In this document: positions 13,153-25,311 of the stretch, piece after piece | Layout of the letters: the number at the start of each line of letters is the position of its first letter | Position numbering within the stretch: position 1 is the stretch's first letter | Source: Octopus bimaculoides | Taxonomy: Eukaryota | Direction: 5' to 3' | Assembly: GCF_001194135.2 (NCBI RefSeq) | Contig: NC_068985.1 | Span: 83,810,973 to 83,874,972 of the forward strand | DNA: 64,000 nucleotides | The notes under the pieces: model-generated | Seen by the model: only the letters and a program-made list of their open reading frames with translations | The model's database searches: none | Told to the model about the DNA's origin: nothing | Translations under genes and position numbers: made by a program

Positions 13153-13620
13153 ATGAGTGCAGCATACTAGCACAAAACGAGTATAAGTGCAGGCATGACT
13201 GTATAGGTAAAAGGATGCATTGGGATGTTAGATGAGTTTGTGGCTTCAAAATAACAGAGAAGTAGTGCAAACATGAACCAGAGGCTGTGTTAGAAAATGA
13301 GAATTACAGGATCTTATGGAACTACTGGTGAAGCAAGAAGATCAGATATGATTATAGAAGACAGAATAAACAATGTAAGATTATAAATTTGCAATTCCTT
13401 ATAATAGAGTTGATGGTAAAATAATTGAAAAAGTTGAAAGAAATATCAGATAGCTGAAGAGACTGTTGAAGTCTAAGATGACAGTTATTCTTGTAGTAAT
13501 TGGTGCGCTTAGCACAACACCCAAAATGCTACCAAAGAAACTGAAAAAAATTGGAATCAAAACTTGCATTGATGACTCTGGTACTTGATGGACACCTATT
13601 TTATCGATAATAATAATAAT
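13153..13620 (+). pseudogene. R4/Dong-clade non-LTR retrotransposon 3' fragment (zinc knuckle and restriction-like endonuclease), decayed
   Basis: Translates to ECSILAQNEYKCRHDCIGKRMHWD...KHEPEAVLENENYRILWN...RRSDMII...VILVVIGALSTTPKMLPKKLKKIGI with stops and frameshifts. (TAA)n on both sides. Confidence 0.85.
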
Positions 13621-13636
13621 AAGAAGAAGAAGAAGA

Positions 13637-13925
13637 ATCATCGTTTAACGTCCGCTTTCCATGCTAGCATGGGTTGGACAATTTGACTGAGGACTGGTGA
13701 ACCAGGAAGCGACACCAGGCTCCAATCTGATTTGGCAGAGTTTCTACAGCTGGATGCCCGTCCTAACGCCAACCACTCTGAGAGTGTAGTGGGTGTTTTA
13801 CATGCCACCGGCATGAGAGCCAGTCAGGCAGAACTGGCAACAGCCACACTCGAAATGGTGTGTTTTACATGCCACCTGCACGGGAGCCAGTCCAGCAGCA
13901 CTGGCAACGATCTCGCTCGAATGTC
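13637..13925 (-). mobile_element. RTE LINE 3'UTR, 5'-truncated
   Basis: Closely matches 4015-4259 (CGTTTAACGTCCGCTTTCCATGCTAGCATGGGTTGG...). Confidence 0.9.
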
Positions 13926-15022
13926 TTTTAATAATAATAATAAGTTTTCTCTAATGAATGTACAAGTCCAGCAATTTTGGTGGAAGGAAATTTGTCCATA
14001 CCATTGAACCAGGACTTGACTGGTATTTTTTTTTTTTTTTGTCAACACCAGAGAGATGAAAAGCAAAGTTAACTTTGGTAGGATCTGAACTCAGAATCTA
14101 AAAAAGCCTTTTGTCTGGCACCTAACAACTCAGTCAGTTAATAATAATGAGGATGTCTTGGTATATGCAATGGACTGCAATTATTAAGGAAGAAGGACCA
14201 GATAGTGTAAGCATTGATACTTTAATCAAGGATATTAGTGCCAGGACCTTCTATTCTACAAATAATAATGATGTTGTTTATATAAATCTGAAATTTTTTT
14301 AGGTCCACGGCAGGAAATTATAGAGGAATAGGGTCCCTATAAATTCATCCAGCTCATGCTAGCCTTAAGAAATATAAAAGAAAAGAAAACCTCCCCCGCT
14401 TTTTTTTTTCTCCGAGAGAAAAATAAAACAATCTTAGAAATAAAATCACACCCTCTCCAAAACACACACACACACACACACATACAGGCGTTAAAATAAC
14501 GATGATTATAAAGACAAAGAGGGAAAGTGAAGAAGATATTAGCAAAAAAAAAAAATTAGCTGTAGATTTGCTTTTCTTATTAAACCGTTATGCATCATAA
14601 AGCTAACCTGCTACATGCTTCACTAATTTCCATAGTTTCCTAAATAGGGCCTTCCTTTCTTTCTTATTTGTTTCTCCCCCAACCCACCCCCTTTTTTCTC
14701 TTTTCTTTTTTTTTTCTTTATCATCTCAGCCAACGTCGTTCCCACCCATCTCTGACAAGATAAGAGCATTAGGCTTATGACATCTCCTGAGAGATGTCAC
14801 TTTTAGCAGTGCTAGTCTTCCATCACCCCACCACCTCTATTTCATACTTACATGACATATGGACACAGTGAGGCTCTGCTGACTTTATAGAAGTTTAATC
14901 TAGCTGCTAATTGATATTTTATTCAGATCATGTCCATCACCTTCATGGTTATTAATAGTTTATTTTTGGTTTTGGTTTTTGTTCCATTTACCACTGTTCC
15001 GTTGTTGTTGTTGTTGACGTTA

Positions 15023-15077
<55 letters not shown>

Positions 15078-17989
15078 CTCTTCTTGTCCATTGTGGCATG
15101 TGTTAATACCAAGAAGAGAAAAAATTAGGTTTTGAAATCCGATTATGGCAAAAATGGAACAAAGAAGTAAATAATATTTTACATCTTTGCATTTTNNNNN
15201 NNNNNNNNNNNNNNNNNNNNNNNNNNNNNNNNNNNNNNNNNNNNNNNNNNNNNNNNNNNNNNNNNNNNNNNNNNNNNNNNNNNNNNNNNNNNNNNNNNNN
15301 NNNNNNNNNNNNNNNNNNNNNNNNNNNNNNNNNNNNNNNNNNNNNNNNNNNNNNNNNNNNNNNNNNNNNNNNNNNNNNNNNNNNNNNNNNNNNNNNNNNN
15401 NNNNNNNNNNNNNNNNNNNNNNNNNNNNNNNNNNNNNNNNNNNNNNNNNNNNNNNNNNNNNNNNNNNNNNNNNNNNNNNNNNNNNNNNNNNNNNNNNNNN
15501 NNNNNNNNNNNNNNNNNNNNNNNNNNNNNNNNNNNNNNNNNNNNNNNNNNNNNNNNNNNNNNNNNNNNNNNNNNNNNNNNNNNNNNNNNNNNNNNNNNNN
15601 NNNNNNNNNNNNNNNNNNNNNNNNNNNNNNNNNNNNNNNNNNNNNNTATATATATATGCACATACATAAATATATATACACATACACACAGTACATACAA
15701 GCACATGCATTATTTATCAAGATTTTTTATTATTTCAGTATCATTTTTATTCAGTAACTTTAAACTTTCACATATCAGTAATATGAATGTAGAAGCTCAC
15801 TAAATGCTTAAATTAAGTACATAGAATATTTTCTATATGTTCATGGTTCTTTTGTCTCCTAAAAAAGAAAAAACTTTATAATTTATATTATTATCTATAA
15901 TGGGTTGCAGTTAGGCTCTTGTGGAATTGACCTAATTTTGATTGTCTCCTGACTGTTTCATCTCATTACTCTGCTGAGAAGAATTAAACAATATACTCAC
16001 ATTTTTCTTTTACTTCAGATATATATTTCTCAGTTCTTAAATTCTGAAACCATTATGAGTATTTAACTATTTTTGTTTCAAAAGTCGACAGTGAATATGC
16101 CATTGTCATTAGAAAATAGGATTGGTTACTTTATGGTTTCCATAAGCTTCATAGCTCATTCATTGTTATGAAACCAAATCTCTACCTTTACCTTTCATCT
16201 CAAGTTGGTGAACTGTATATTGCTCATGTATTAGGATCAGTTATTATAGTGATACAAGTTTCATTACAAATTTGGAGATAAGTTTATGGAGACAAGCTGT
16301 AAAAAATGAGAATATTTTGAATGAATGAACATAAGTTACCTAAGAACAACTGAAGTAGAAAAAGCTGTAATATTTGCAAAAGTAATCATCTGGGTTACAT
16401 CAGGATTTTGCCTTCTTAGTTGTTCAGTGGAGAATAAATGCAATTTCCCATTACTATCCCAAAATCCCTTGGAAAATTTGTACTAACTACAAGAAATGTA
16501 AGAAACACTCTACAGTGCTCTCGATACCTACAGCATGAATCAATACCTCATCATAGTATCTATATTTATAATCAGTTGGAATGGGCTATTGAGAGATATA
16601 TATCGTTAACCCTGCTATCATTACACATTCTTGAATGTTGGAACAATCAAACTTTGGACTAAACATAATAATTTTTATCAAAAATCTTTCATATAATTGT
16701 ATTTCATTGCTTGCATGAAACATCATACTTATAAGCTAATTAATTTGTTGAAGTTAATGTTTAATATTATTTTTAATATATTGTATTAAATAATATGATC
16801 ATAGTAAAGAGGCATGTATGATTAGAGATTATGTATTTTTGGAGAAAAATTTCTGTTGTTTAGCCCCAGTTCAGTGCTGATTGCACAAGCCTTTGATCAA
16901 AAGCATTTCAAATACTGTACATTGTAAATATCCAGTGTATGTCCCTTTTCCATTTGAAGATCCAGTTGCTGTTTTGTAGTGAATCAAATATTCATGAAAA
17001 TGCCCCCTTACTAGTTGATATCAGAGATTTGAAGGAAGTTTGGATGCTGACAAAATTTTCAGGAAAGAAAAGAGCAAAGAAATGAACCAGCTTTTTACTG
17101 AGACAAATGTTTAAGAGTTTCACTAAAAAGAAATGGTTTTCCATTTGTTTGGACAACCCTCTGAACTCTCTTTTTCTCTTATATCTTTCTTTTTTATCTG
17201 TTATAATGTGAGTTAGATAAGTTTGGGCCAGTTTAATATCTTTTTATTTTTTTCTATAGCTCTGCATCTGTCTTTTAATTCTTCTTGTTCTGTTTACCCA
17301 AGAAACCTCTATGAGCAATATCCTGCCGAATTTTGAGTAAGCTTCCATTGTCTTAAAAACATTAAAATCAATTTGCAGCACACTATCTCTAATACAACAT
17401 GGAAGCAATAATTACCTTTGCAGTAAAAGATTAATATTGGTTGCCTATAAATTTATGTTCTGCTGTTAGTTGGCTTGGATGTCTGTTTTGACAATAACAA
17501 TGACAACTTAAAACAATAATCAATCAAATTTTACCAGGGTCTCAAACTGAGCAGAAAGTAGAAAGTCAGTAATTGGCTTCCACTTTAAAAAAATGTCATG
17601 GAATGAACACAGACCTTATTTTTTGCTCATTTCTTTTTATTCTTGTCTTAGGACATTTTCATTGTGAAGCATTAGTTTATTAAGGCATCACTTCCATATG
17701 AAAGAGAACACCTGCTGCTGATGATAAACAACTTTTAACAATCATTTGTTATGTCTTTTAATATGGTTATTTATCGTATATATTTATCATGCTTTTTTTT
17801 TTAACCATTAAGTCATACATTTATAGTTTCTACTATTTGTTCTTAACCATGTCCAGAAAACTTTCATCCTGCTTATTTCAAGATTTCACTATTATTTTAT
17901 AAATATGCCTACACAATTTTGTTCAAAATCTGCCTAGTGTTTAACCCTTTTGTTACTGTATACTGACACAAGCACATGCATAAATATAT

Positions 17990-18537
17990 ACATATACGTA
18001 TATATGATGGACTTCTTTCAGTTTCTGTCTACCAAATCCACTCACAAGGCTTTGATTGGCCTGAAGCTATAGTAGAAGACACTTGCTTAAGATGCCATGC
18101 AGTGGGACTGAACCCAGAACCATGTGGTTGGGAAGCAAGCTTCTAACCACGCCTGCACCTACTGTAGACTCAAAGCCTGAAATTTGGGGTGCTTACATCA
18201 AAATTAGTAATTGAGGGGTACTTATTTCATCAACCCTGAAAGGATGAAAGATAAAGTCAATTGCAGCAGAATGTGAACTCAGAACATAAAAATGAGCGAT
18301 ATGCTGCAAAACATTTTACTTGGCATTTTTTTTTATCTTTTATTTGTTTCAGTCATTTGACTGCAGCCATGCTGGAGCACCGCCTTTAGTCAAACAAATT
18401 GACCCCAGGACAAATACTTTGTAAGCCTAGTACTTATTCTATTGGTCTCTTTTGCTGAACTGCTAGCTTACAGGGACGTAAACATACCAACATCAGTTGT
18501 TAAGCAATGGTGGGAGGCCAAACACAAACAGACAAAC

Positions 18538-18568
<31 letters not shown>

Positions 18569-18612
18569 CGATGGGCTTCTTTCAGTTTCCATCTACCAAA
18601 TCCACTCACAAG
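17990..18612 (-). mobile_element. Cluster of family A halves with a family B copy
   Basis: 5' half of A at about 18005-18160, family B at about 18170-18325, and A 3' module plus partial head at about 18340-18612. Confidence 0.8.
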
Positions 18613-18722
18613 ATTGGTAAGGTAGGTACTGACCACACAGCCATTCCTGCACCTACAGTCATGTAATGTTTCTGCCAGTTTGCTGCCTTAAATGATAATA
18701 ATAGTAATAATAATAATAATAA

Positions 18723-19155
18723 TCCTTTCTACTATATGCACAAAGCCTGGAATTTTGCAGAAGGGGTAAGTCGATTACATCGATCCCAGTGCTCAACTGG
18801 TACTTAATTTATCGACTCTGAAAGGGTGAAAGGCAAAGCCAATCTAAGTGGAATTTGGACTCAAAATGTAAAGACAGACAAAATGCTGTGAAGTGTGCTA
18901 ACGATTCTACCAGCTCACTGCCTTATATAATAATAATAATCCTTTCTACTATAGGGACAAGACCTAGGATTTGGGGGAAGAGGGATAGTTGATTATATTG
19001 ACCCCAGTGCATAACTGGTACTTATTTCATCGACCCCCCAAAAGGATGAAAAACAAAGTTGACCTTGGTATAATTTGATCTCAGAATGTAAAGATGGATG
19101 AAATGCTACTAAGCATTTTATCCAACATGCTTACAATTGTGCCAGTTTACCACTT
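18723..19155 (-). mobile_element. Two tandem family B SINEs separated by (AAT)n
   Basis: Both start CCTTTCTACTATA on the plus strand and end CCAG(C/T)T(C/T)AC...CTT. Confidence 0.85.
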
Positions 19156-19299
19156 AATAATAATAATAATAATATCCTATCATTTAGATCTTTACATGAT
19201 CCATGTGTGATGTCCCATCTTTAGTTACTATACTTTATATATATCCTTAATATATCCTATTATATATGTAGTGTTATAATTCATCTTTCCAAATCTTAA

Positions 19300-20358
19300 T
19301 ATTGCGTTTTATTTATTTATTTTATTCATTTATTTGGAATGTAATTTTGGCTTTTATCTTTATTGTTCCTAAGAAACTGCCACAACTACATTTTCCATAT
19401 TTGCACTGTATTTTTTTGCATGTTTATTCTTAATGTCTATTTCTATATTTTATCGTTATTATTATTACTATTATTATTTATATTTTCTCCCTGTCTTTCT
19501 TATTTATCTAGTCTTTTCCCTCCCACTTTATTTTCTTCCAACCCATCTTCTCCCCTTTGTGACATGGCTTTGCACTTCCCTGTTCTTCTCCTCCCAAACC
19601 TTGTCATCAACATAATTCCTCCCCGCAATATTTTCACTGTTACTTTTCACTTAATTAGAACAATTAATTCACACATATTACTTATTCTGTGTCATACAGT
19701 ACAATGTCTTCCACTCTTCATCTTCCCACTCACTCACTCTACCACACAGTTCTTTCTCTCTGCCATTTACTCCTCTCCTTTCCATACTTTAATCTTACTT
19801 ATTTACATCCCAAACTCTATTCCAATGTAGATTTTTCACTCTCCCCTTACTATCTTCTCTCTAGTCTTGTTTCCTTACTTTCTCTTTCTCTCATCTTTCC
19901 TCAGACTCTATCTTCTCATGCTCTTACATTCTACACCTTATTCTTCTTTGTCAATGGCTGACAGCTTTTTCTTCTTCCTTGGGCCTGTCCCTTAGCTCCT
20001 CCCTGCCCATCATACTCCACTTTCTAACCCTCACCCAATCTCTTACATAATATCTCTATTCTATGGTGATAATTTTTTCACAATTATTTCCTATTCTCTC
20101 CTTTACTGTTGCCATTTTTTTTCTTATTTTTTCTTGTGGTATTTGTGGGGATATTTTTATAATTTACTTTATTTTTCAACTTTTATTTCTTTCTTTATTT
20201 TGTTACGATTTGACTCTTCAATACTTTCCACAGATATATCCTTTCTTTCTAAATTACATCTGCTCTATTTTCTCTCTTTTCTGTCTTCCTGTTTTTATTT
20301 TTCTCTTATTTTTTTAATATTCCTATCTCTCCATCTTCACCTCTCTTTCTTTCTCTTT

Positions 20359-20402
<44 letters not shown>

Positions 20403-20520
20403 ACACACACACACGTTTTCTATTTTCACGTTTTTCTCTCCTTTTCTGCAATTTGTTCTTCACCTCTTTTCCTTTCTCCCACTTCTGTCTTTCTCTTTTG
20501 TCTTTACTTCCACCCAAAGT
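19300..20520. repeat. About 1.2-kb pyrimidine-rich low-complexity tract including (CT)n
   Basis: Plus strand is almost devoid of G; yields spurious F/L/S-rich ORFs. A purine-rich tract of similar character lies at 35080-35700. Confidence 0.8.
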
Positions 20521-20774
20521 TATTCAGGATCTTACTGTGTCTCTTCAGCTTGTTCTGCCTCTAAAGATGTCAGCAGGCCAGCCAGCTTAATACAATCTTG
20601 TCAGATTATCTCGTTTATATTATTGTTTCCCAATTGAAAGTGGCTCCCCTAAGATGTGAGTCAGCTGCCAGTGTTTACAGCACTGTCCATTGGTGACATG
20701 TCACAGCTTCCTCAGACTTAGACATGGTTCTCTCTCTCCATTTGGGAGCTATCTTTTAACCATATGGGAATAAA

Positions 20775-20821
<47 letters not shown>

Positions 20822-21687
20822 GACAAAATGAAAATCAAAGTAAATTAATACAAAGTAAAGAAGAAAGGAAAGGTGGAAAGGTTTTTTTTTTTTTTTTTTT
20901 TTTCAGAATGGTAGTTTGTTTTTGGATGCAGTGGGTTGTTGAATAGAGGGAAGTGTGATGTTGGTGTTGGAAATCATTTTTTGGTTGCGTTCATCAGCGT
21001 GGTTTGGTGTTGACTGAGGTGTTGTAATAGTTGCAATGGAAGTAATGATTTGGGAAGTCAGAGAATGATGTGGAAATTATCAAATTGTTCCTGTGGCATT
21101 GTCATAATTGTCTTCTATTTACACATTACATATACATATAAGAGTGTGTGTGTGTGGGGGGGGGGGGTTAAATGTTATAATTGCTACAGTAATGAACCAT
21201 CATGTAGATGTGGTAAAGTATATAAAACCAGTATTGTTCTCATAATACATTTTCTGCTTGTGTATGGAAGAACAGTTGTAACACTTGTATACAAAAAAAC
21301 CCACTGATGTAATGATGCCTGTAATGCCACAAAATAACAATGTTATCAAGATGAATGATTGTAGTGGAGAGGGGTAGGTGGTATAAAAATATTGTATTAC
21401 TCATGAATACAACAATGAATTTTACAACTTTGATTCTGGTATTTTTCTTTCTAGATTTTCTTTGCAAACCAGCTCTTTACTGTTAATTATGGTTACAACG
21501 TAGCTCTGTTTCTTTTGTTGTTGTTTTTATCTTCTGTTTCTTGTTTCTTTATAGGCCTCAAATAGTTTAATGATGATTAAAAGTGATTTCCTAATAAATT
21601 CTTTTTTCAAATCACAATAACCTATATAGCATCTGTGATTCTCAAATCATAAGGATTTATCCTTCATTTCTGTATATATTATCCTTC

Positions 21688-21718
<31 letters not shown>

Positions 21719-22410
21719 CATCCTTCATTTCTATATATCCTACATTTATATATATATATATATATATATATAGCATTAAGTAGATGTTTGATAATTTGCT
21801 TTTTGAACAGAACTGTGATCTATTCCAGGTAAACCTTTTACTAGCTAGAAGAATTGAATTTAGTATATCAATCCTATGCAGTACTCAAGAGCTTCACAGT
21901 GTTGTCACGGCTTATGACAGTGTAAAGGATGCATTTGCTAATATAGTCTTAGATATTATACACCATAAGTGTAAAACGATAAAATGACCTTTGCTGGAAT
22001 GCTTTTTATTATGGGTCTTCATGATCGGGGCTGATCTGGAGCATAACAGCAACAGCAACTTATGGCTATATGAAACTGGATTTGCTGATTTTGTCTTGGA
22101 ACACACACAAATCAGTGATAATGACAAGATACAAAGTGCTAAGCCGTCAGTGTTGATAAGCTATTTACTTGGCTTTCCATACTTCCTTTATTGTTTCTAA
22201 GAAACGTTTTATTTTTAAATAAGGCATTTCTTTGTAATTTTCCGTTTCAGTGCAAATAGTTTTCTTTACTCACAGCAAGCTCTGTTTTTCTAAAAAGGGA
22301 AACTGATGGGTGCCATTGTTGAAATATACTTCTATTGTTGTGCTTTTACAATATAGAGTCGATAGAATGTGGGAGAGAGAGAAAATCAGCAGTTCATACC
22401 ACTAGAGTGT

Positions 22411-22799
22411 TGTTGTTGTTGTTGTTGGCACTCCGTTGCTTACGACGTCGAGGGTTCCAGTTGATCCGATCAACGGAACAGCCTGCTCGTGAAATTAACG
22501 TGCAAGTGGCTGAGTACTCCACAAACACATGTACCCTTAACATAGTTCTCGGGGATATTCAGTGTGACACAGTGTGACAAGGCTGACCCTTTGAATTACA
22601 GGCACAACAGAAACAGGAAGAGTGAGATAAAGTTGTGGTGAAAGAGTACAGCAGGGTTCGCCACCATCCCCTGCCGGAGCCTCGTGGAGCTTTTAGGTGT
22701 TTTCGCTCAATAAACACTCACAACACCCGGTCTGGAAATCGAAACCATGATCTTATGACCGTGAGTCTGCTGCCCTAACCACTGGGCCATTGCGCCTCC
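22411..22799 (-). mobile_element. tRNA SINE family C, full length, (CAA)n tail, 13-bp TSD
   Basis: Head GGAGGCGCAATGGCCCAGTGGTTAGGGCAG...GGTTTCGATTTCC on minus; ACCACTAGAGTGT at 22398-22410 and 22800-22812. Confidence 0.92.
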
Positions 22800-23275
22800 A
22801 CCACTAGAGTGTAATCTGACATGAAACCACAGATCCAAGAAATGAGATACAGATGGAATTCATAGGAGGGTATTTTAGAAAAAAAATACTTCTCTTGGAG
22901 GATGTATCATCATTGTAAAATTTACTCCACTCCTCCAGAAAAAGTCTATTGAGAAATTCAGATAATATCCTATGCGATTGCCATAGGATTTGCAAAAGAA
23001 TTGGAATTGAAACTCATAGGAAACACCTGATCAGACAGAGCATTAAAAAAATTAGGTTTGGCTGAATGTGTATGAATAGCAAAAGTATTACCTTCATTTT
23101 AATATCCACTTACCCATGTTTATGTAGGTCAGATGAAATTCATTGAGACAGATACTCTATGACCAGATGCTCTTCTTGTTATCAACTGTTGCTTTTTCCA
23201 AGCAAGTCCTTAAAACACAAGCCATGTAATAGCAGGACATGTTCTCCTGATAAATTACAAACAACTCCCCTTGTA

Positions 23276-24131
23276 CAATGTCTGATCAATAAGTATCCGA
23301 ACTGTTGCCATGGTAATGAAGCTAAAGCATGCAAAGTGAAGCTGCTTGGCACACATTGACCATTAACTCTGCTATGCATGCGCACTAAGTTTTAACATTC
23401 TAGCTCACTTCCGCTATGTACAGTAGTGCTTGGAAGGAAGGTGTGTAGCATATGATCATTGCATTGAACACAACAGAGAAAGTTGTTGGGGTGATACCGG
23501 CTCAGAGGCTTATGCAAAGTTGCAGAAAGTGTATGGAGAGGAGTGTATGAGCCACACACAAGTGTATAAGTCGTTCAGACGTTTCCAAGGTGGCTGAAAA
23601 AATGTTGATATTGACGAATATTCTGGGAGACCTACAATCAGCAGAACTGAGAAAAACATCAAAGCTGTGGGGGGGGGGGGGNNNNNNNNNNNNCAAAGCT
23701 GTGGGGGGGGGGGTATCGTCGAATCACTATCTATGAGTTATCAGAAGATGTGCAGATTAGTTACAGTTCAGTTCAGTTCAGTCCATTATCACTGAAGATT
23801 TGGATATGAGACATGTGTCTGCTAAGTTTGTACCAAAACTGCTTTCTGCTGACTCAGGTTTCAGTTGCACAAGATCTCCTTGATTGTATCGAAAATGAGG
23901 GAAACTTTTTGAAAACTTTGCTCAGCTTTCTCAGTTATGGTGAATGCAATGATCACACGCTACACACTTTCCTTCCGAACACTGCTGTAAATAGCAGCAG
24001 TGAGCTAGAACGTTAAAACTTAGTGCACATGCACAATAGAGTTCAAGATCAATCTGTGCCAAGCGGCTTCACTCTGCATGCTTTTGCTTTGTTACTATAG
24101 CAACAATCCGGATACTTATTGATCAGACCAC
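23276..24131 (+). mobile_element. Internally deleted mariner with ~200-bp TIRs
   Basis: TCTGATCAATAAGTATCCG...GATCATTGCATT (about 23281-23466) is inverted at about 23935-24128. Interior encodes mariner N-terminal HTH: GDTGSEAYAKLQKVYGEECMSHTQVYK..., RRITIYELSEDV..., EDLDMRHVSAKFVPKLLS. Catalytic domain absent. Confidence 0.9.
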
Positions 24132-24192
24132 TATGATGATGATGTTCAGTTACAAATAACAAACAAAACATGGCAAAATACTTCTATATTAA

Positions 24193-24407
24193 CCCTTTAA
24201 CATTTAATCCAGCCATACCCAGCCAAAATATTCTATCTGCTTTATGTACAAAGTGGCCAGATCTTGCCCTTCACACCTACCCTACAATATCATTCAAAAA
24301 TAAACTACCACATCATCAAAATCGTGAAGCTACAAAGTCATGATCAACGCAAAGCAACATGAATAAATAAGCATTACATTTGACAGAATAATCAGAATGC
24401 TAAAGGT
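24193..24407 (+). mobile_element. piggyBac-type MITE, TTAA TSD
   Basis: TTAA|CCCTTTAACATT...AATGCTAAAGGT|TTAA. Confidence 0.85.
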
Positions 24408-24717
24408 TTAATTGTTCTTCTATAATTTTAACCAGCAATCCTATCATCTTGTAGAAACAACTATGAAATTAGGTAAAACTTACTAGACCTGAATTAATTT
24501 TTTTATAAGATTCATACCATAAAGTTCATATCATAAAAACACCATGTCACTAACACACTCTTGAAAAAAATATAGTTTAATTTGATTAAAATTTGGATAT
24601 ATTATTTTTTAAAGGGTTACATAAATTATTGCATCCTGAATTTATCTGGAGAAAATTGTTTTTACAGTTGATACCCTTCCTAACCACTTAAATATGAAGT
24701 AGGAGTGATGCCTCTTA

Positions 24718-24918
24718 TGAGGTGGGGATTGAAAAGTTCCTCATACAGGAGGATCATTTAATTATGATTTTATTCAACATATTCCCCTCTCAGATTCACA
24801 CACTTATTATAGTGGTTCTTTGATTTTTCTAAGTCCTGTAAAAGAACTCAGAAGGTTGGGCCTCCAACCAAGCTTTTTGCAATGCTCTTACAGCCAGGAA
24901 CTTTTCAGCACCCCCTCA
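24718..24918. mobile_element. mariner-type MITE, TA TSD; second copy lacking one TIR at about 25312-25496
   Basis: TA|TGAGGTGGGGATTGAAAAGTTCC...GGAACTTTTCAGCACCCCCTCA|TA; the internal sequence recurs at 25340-25496. Confidence 0.75.
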
Positions 24919-25016
24919 TATATANNNNNNNNNNNNNNNNNNNNNNNNNNNNNNNNNNNNNNNNNNNNNNNNNNNNNNNNNNNNNNNNNNNNNNNNNNNN
25001 NNNNNTATATATATAT

Positions 25017-25311
25017 CATCATCATCATCATCATCATCGTTTAACGTCCGCTTTCCATACTAGCATGGGTTGAACGATTTGACTGAGGACTGGCAAGCCA
25101 GATGGCTGCACCAGGTTCCAATCTGATCTGGCAGAGTTTTTACAGCTGGATGGCCATCCTAATGCCAACCACTCCAAGAGTATAGTAGGTGCTTTTACAT
25201 GCCACCGGCACGAGGGCCAGTCACACGGTACTGGCAACGGCCACACTCAAAAAGGTGTTTTTTTTAAGTGCCACCTGCACGGGAGCCAGTCCAGTGGCAC
25301 TGGCAACGACT
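25017..25311 (-). mobile_element. RTE LINE 3'UTR, 5'-truncated, (TGA)n tail
   Basis: Matches 4000-4259 and 13637-13925. Confidence 0.9.

Noticed and set aside
14988-15720. Long ORFs in the track (also 52441-53414, 60049-60639 and 61720-62575)
   Set aside because: They are open only because of N-gaps and dinucleotide repeats.
21784-22200. ORFs with a GADLEH ankyrin-like word
   Set aside because: No TPLH motif or repeat periodicity, the frames are discontinuous and splice support is lacking.
22720-22799. tRNA-like sequence (also the heads of families A, B and D)
   Set aside because: These are SINE heads: A/B boxes are present but there is no closed acceptor stem, and the sequence continues into a SINE body.
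23664-23712. CAAAGCTGTG(G)n duplicated around a short N run
   Set aside because: Overlapping contig ends; assembly artefact.
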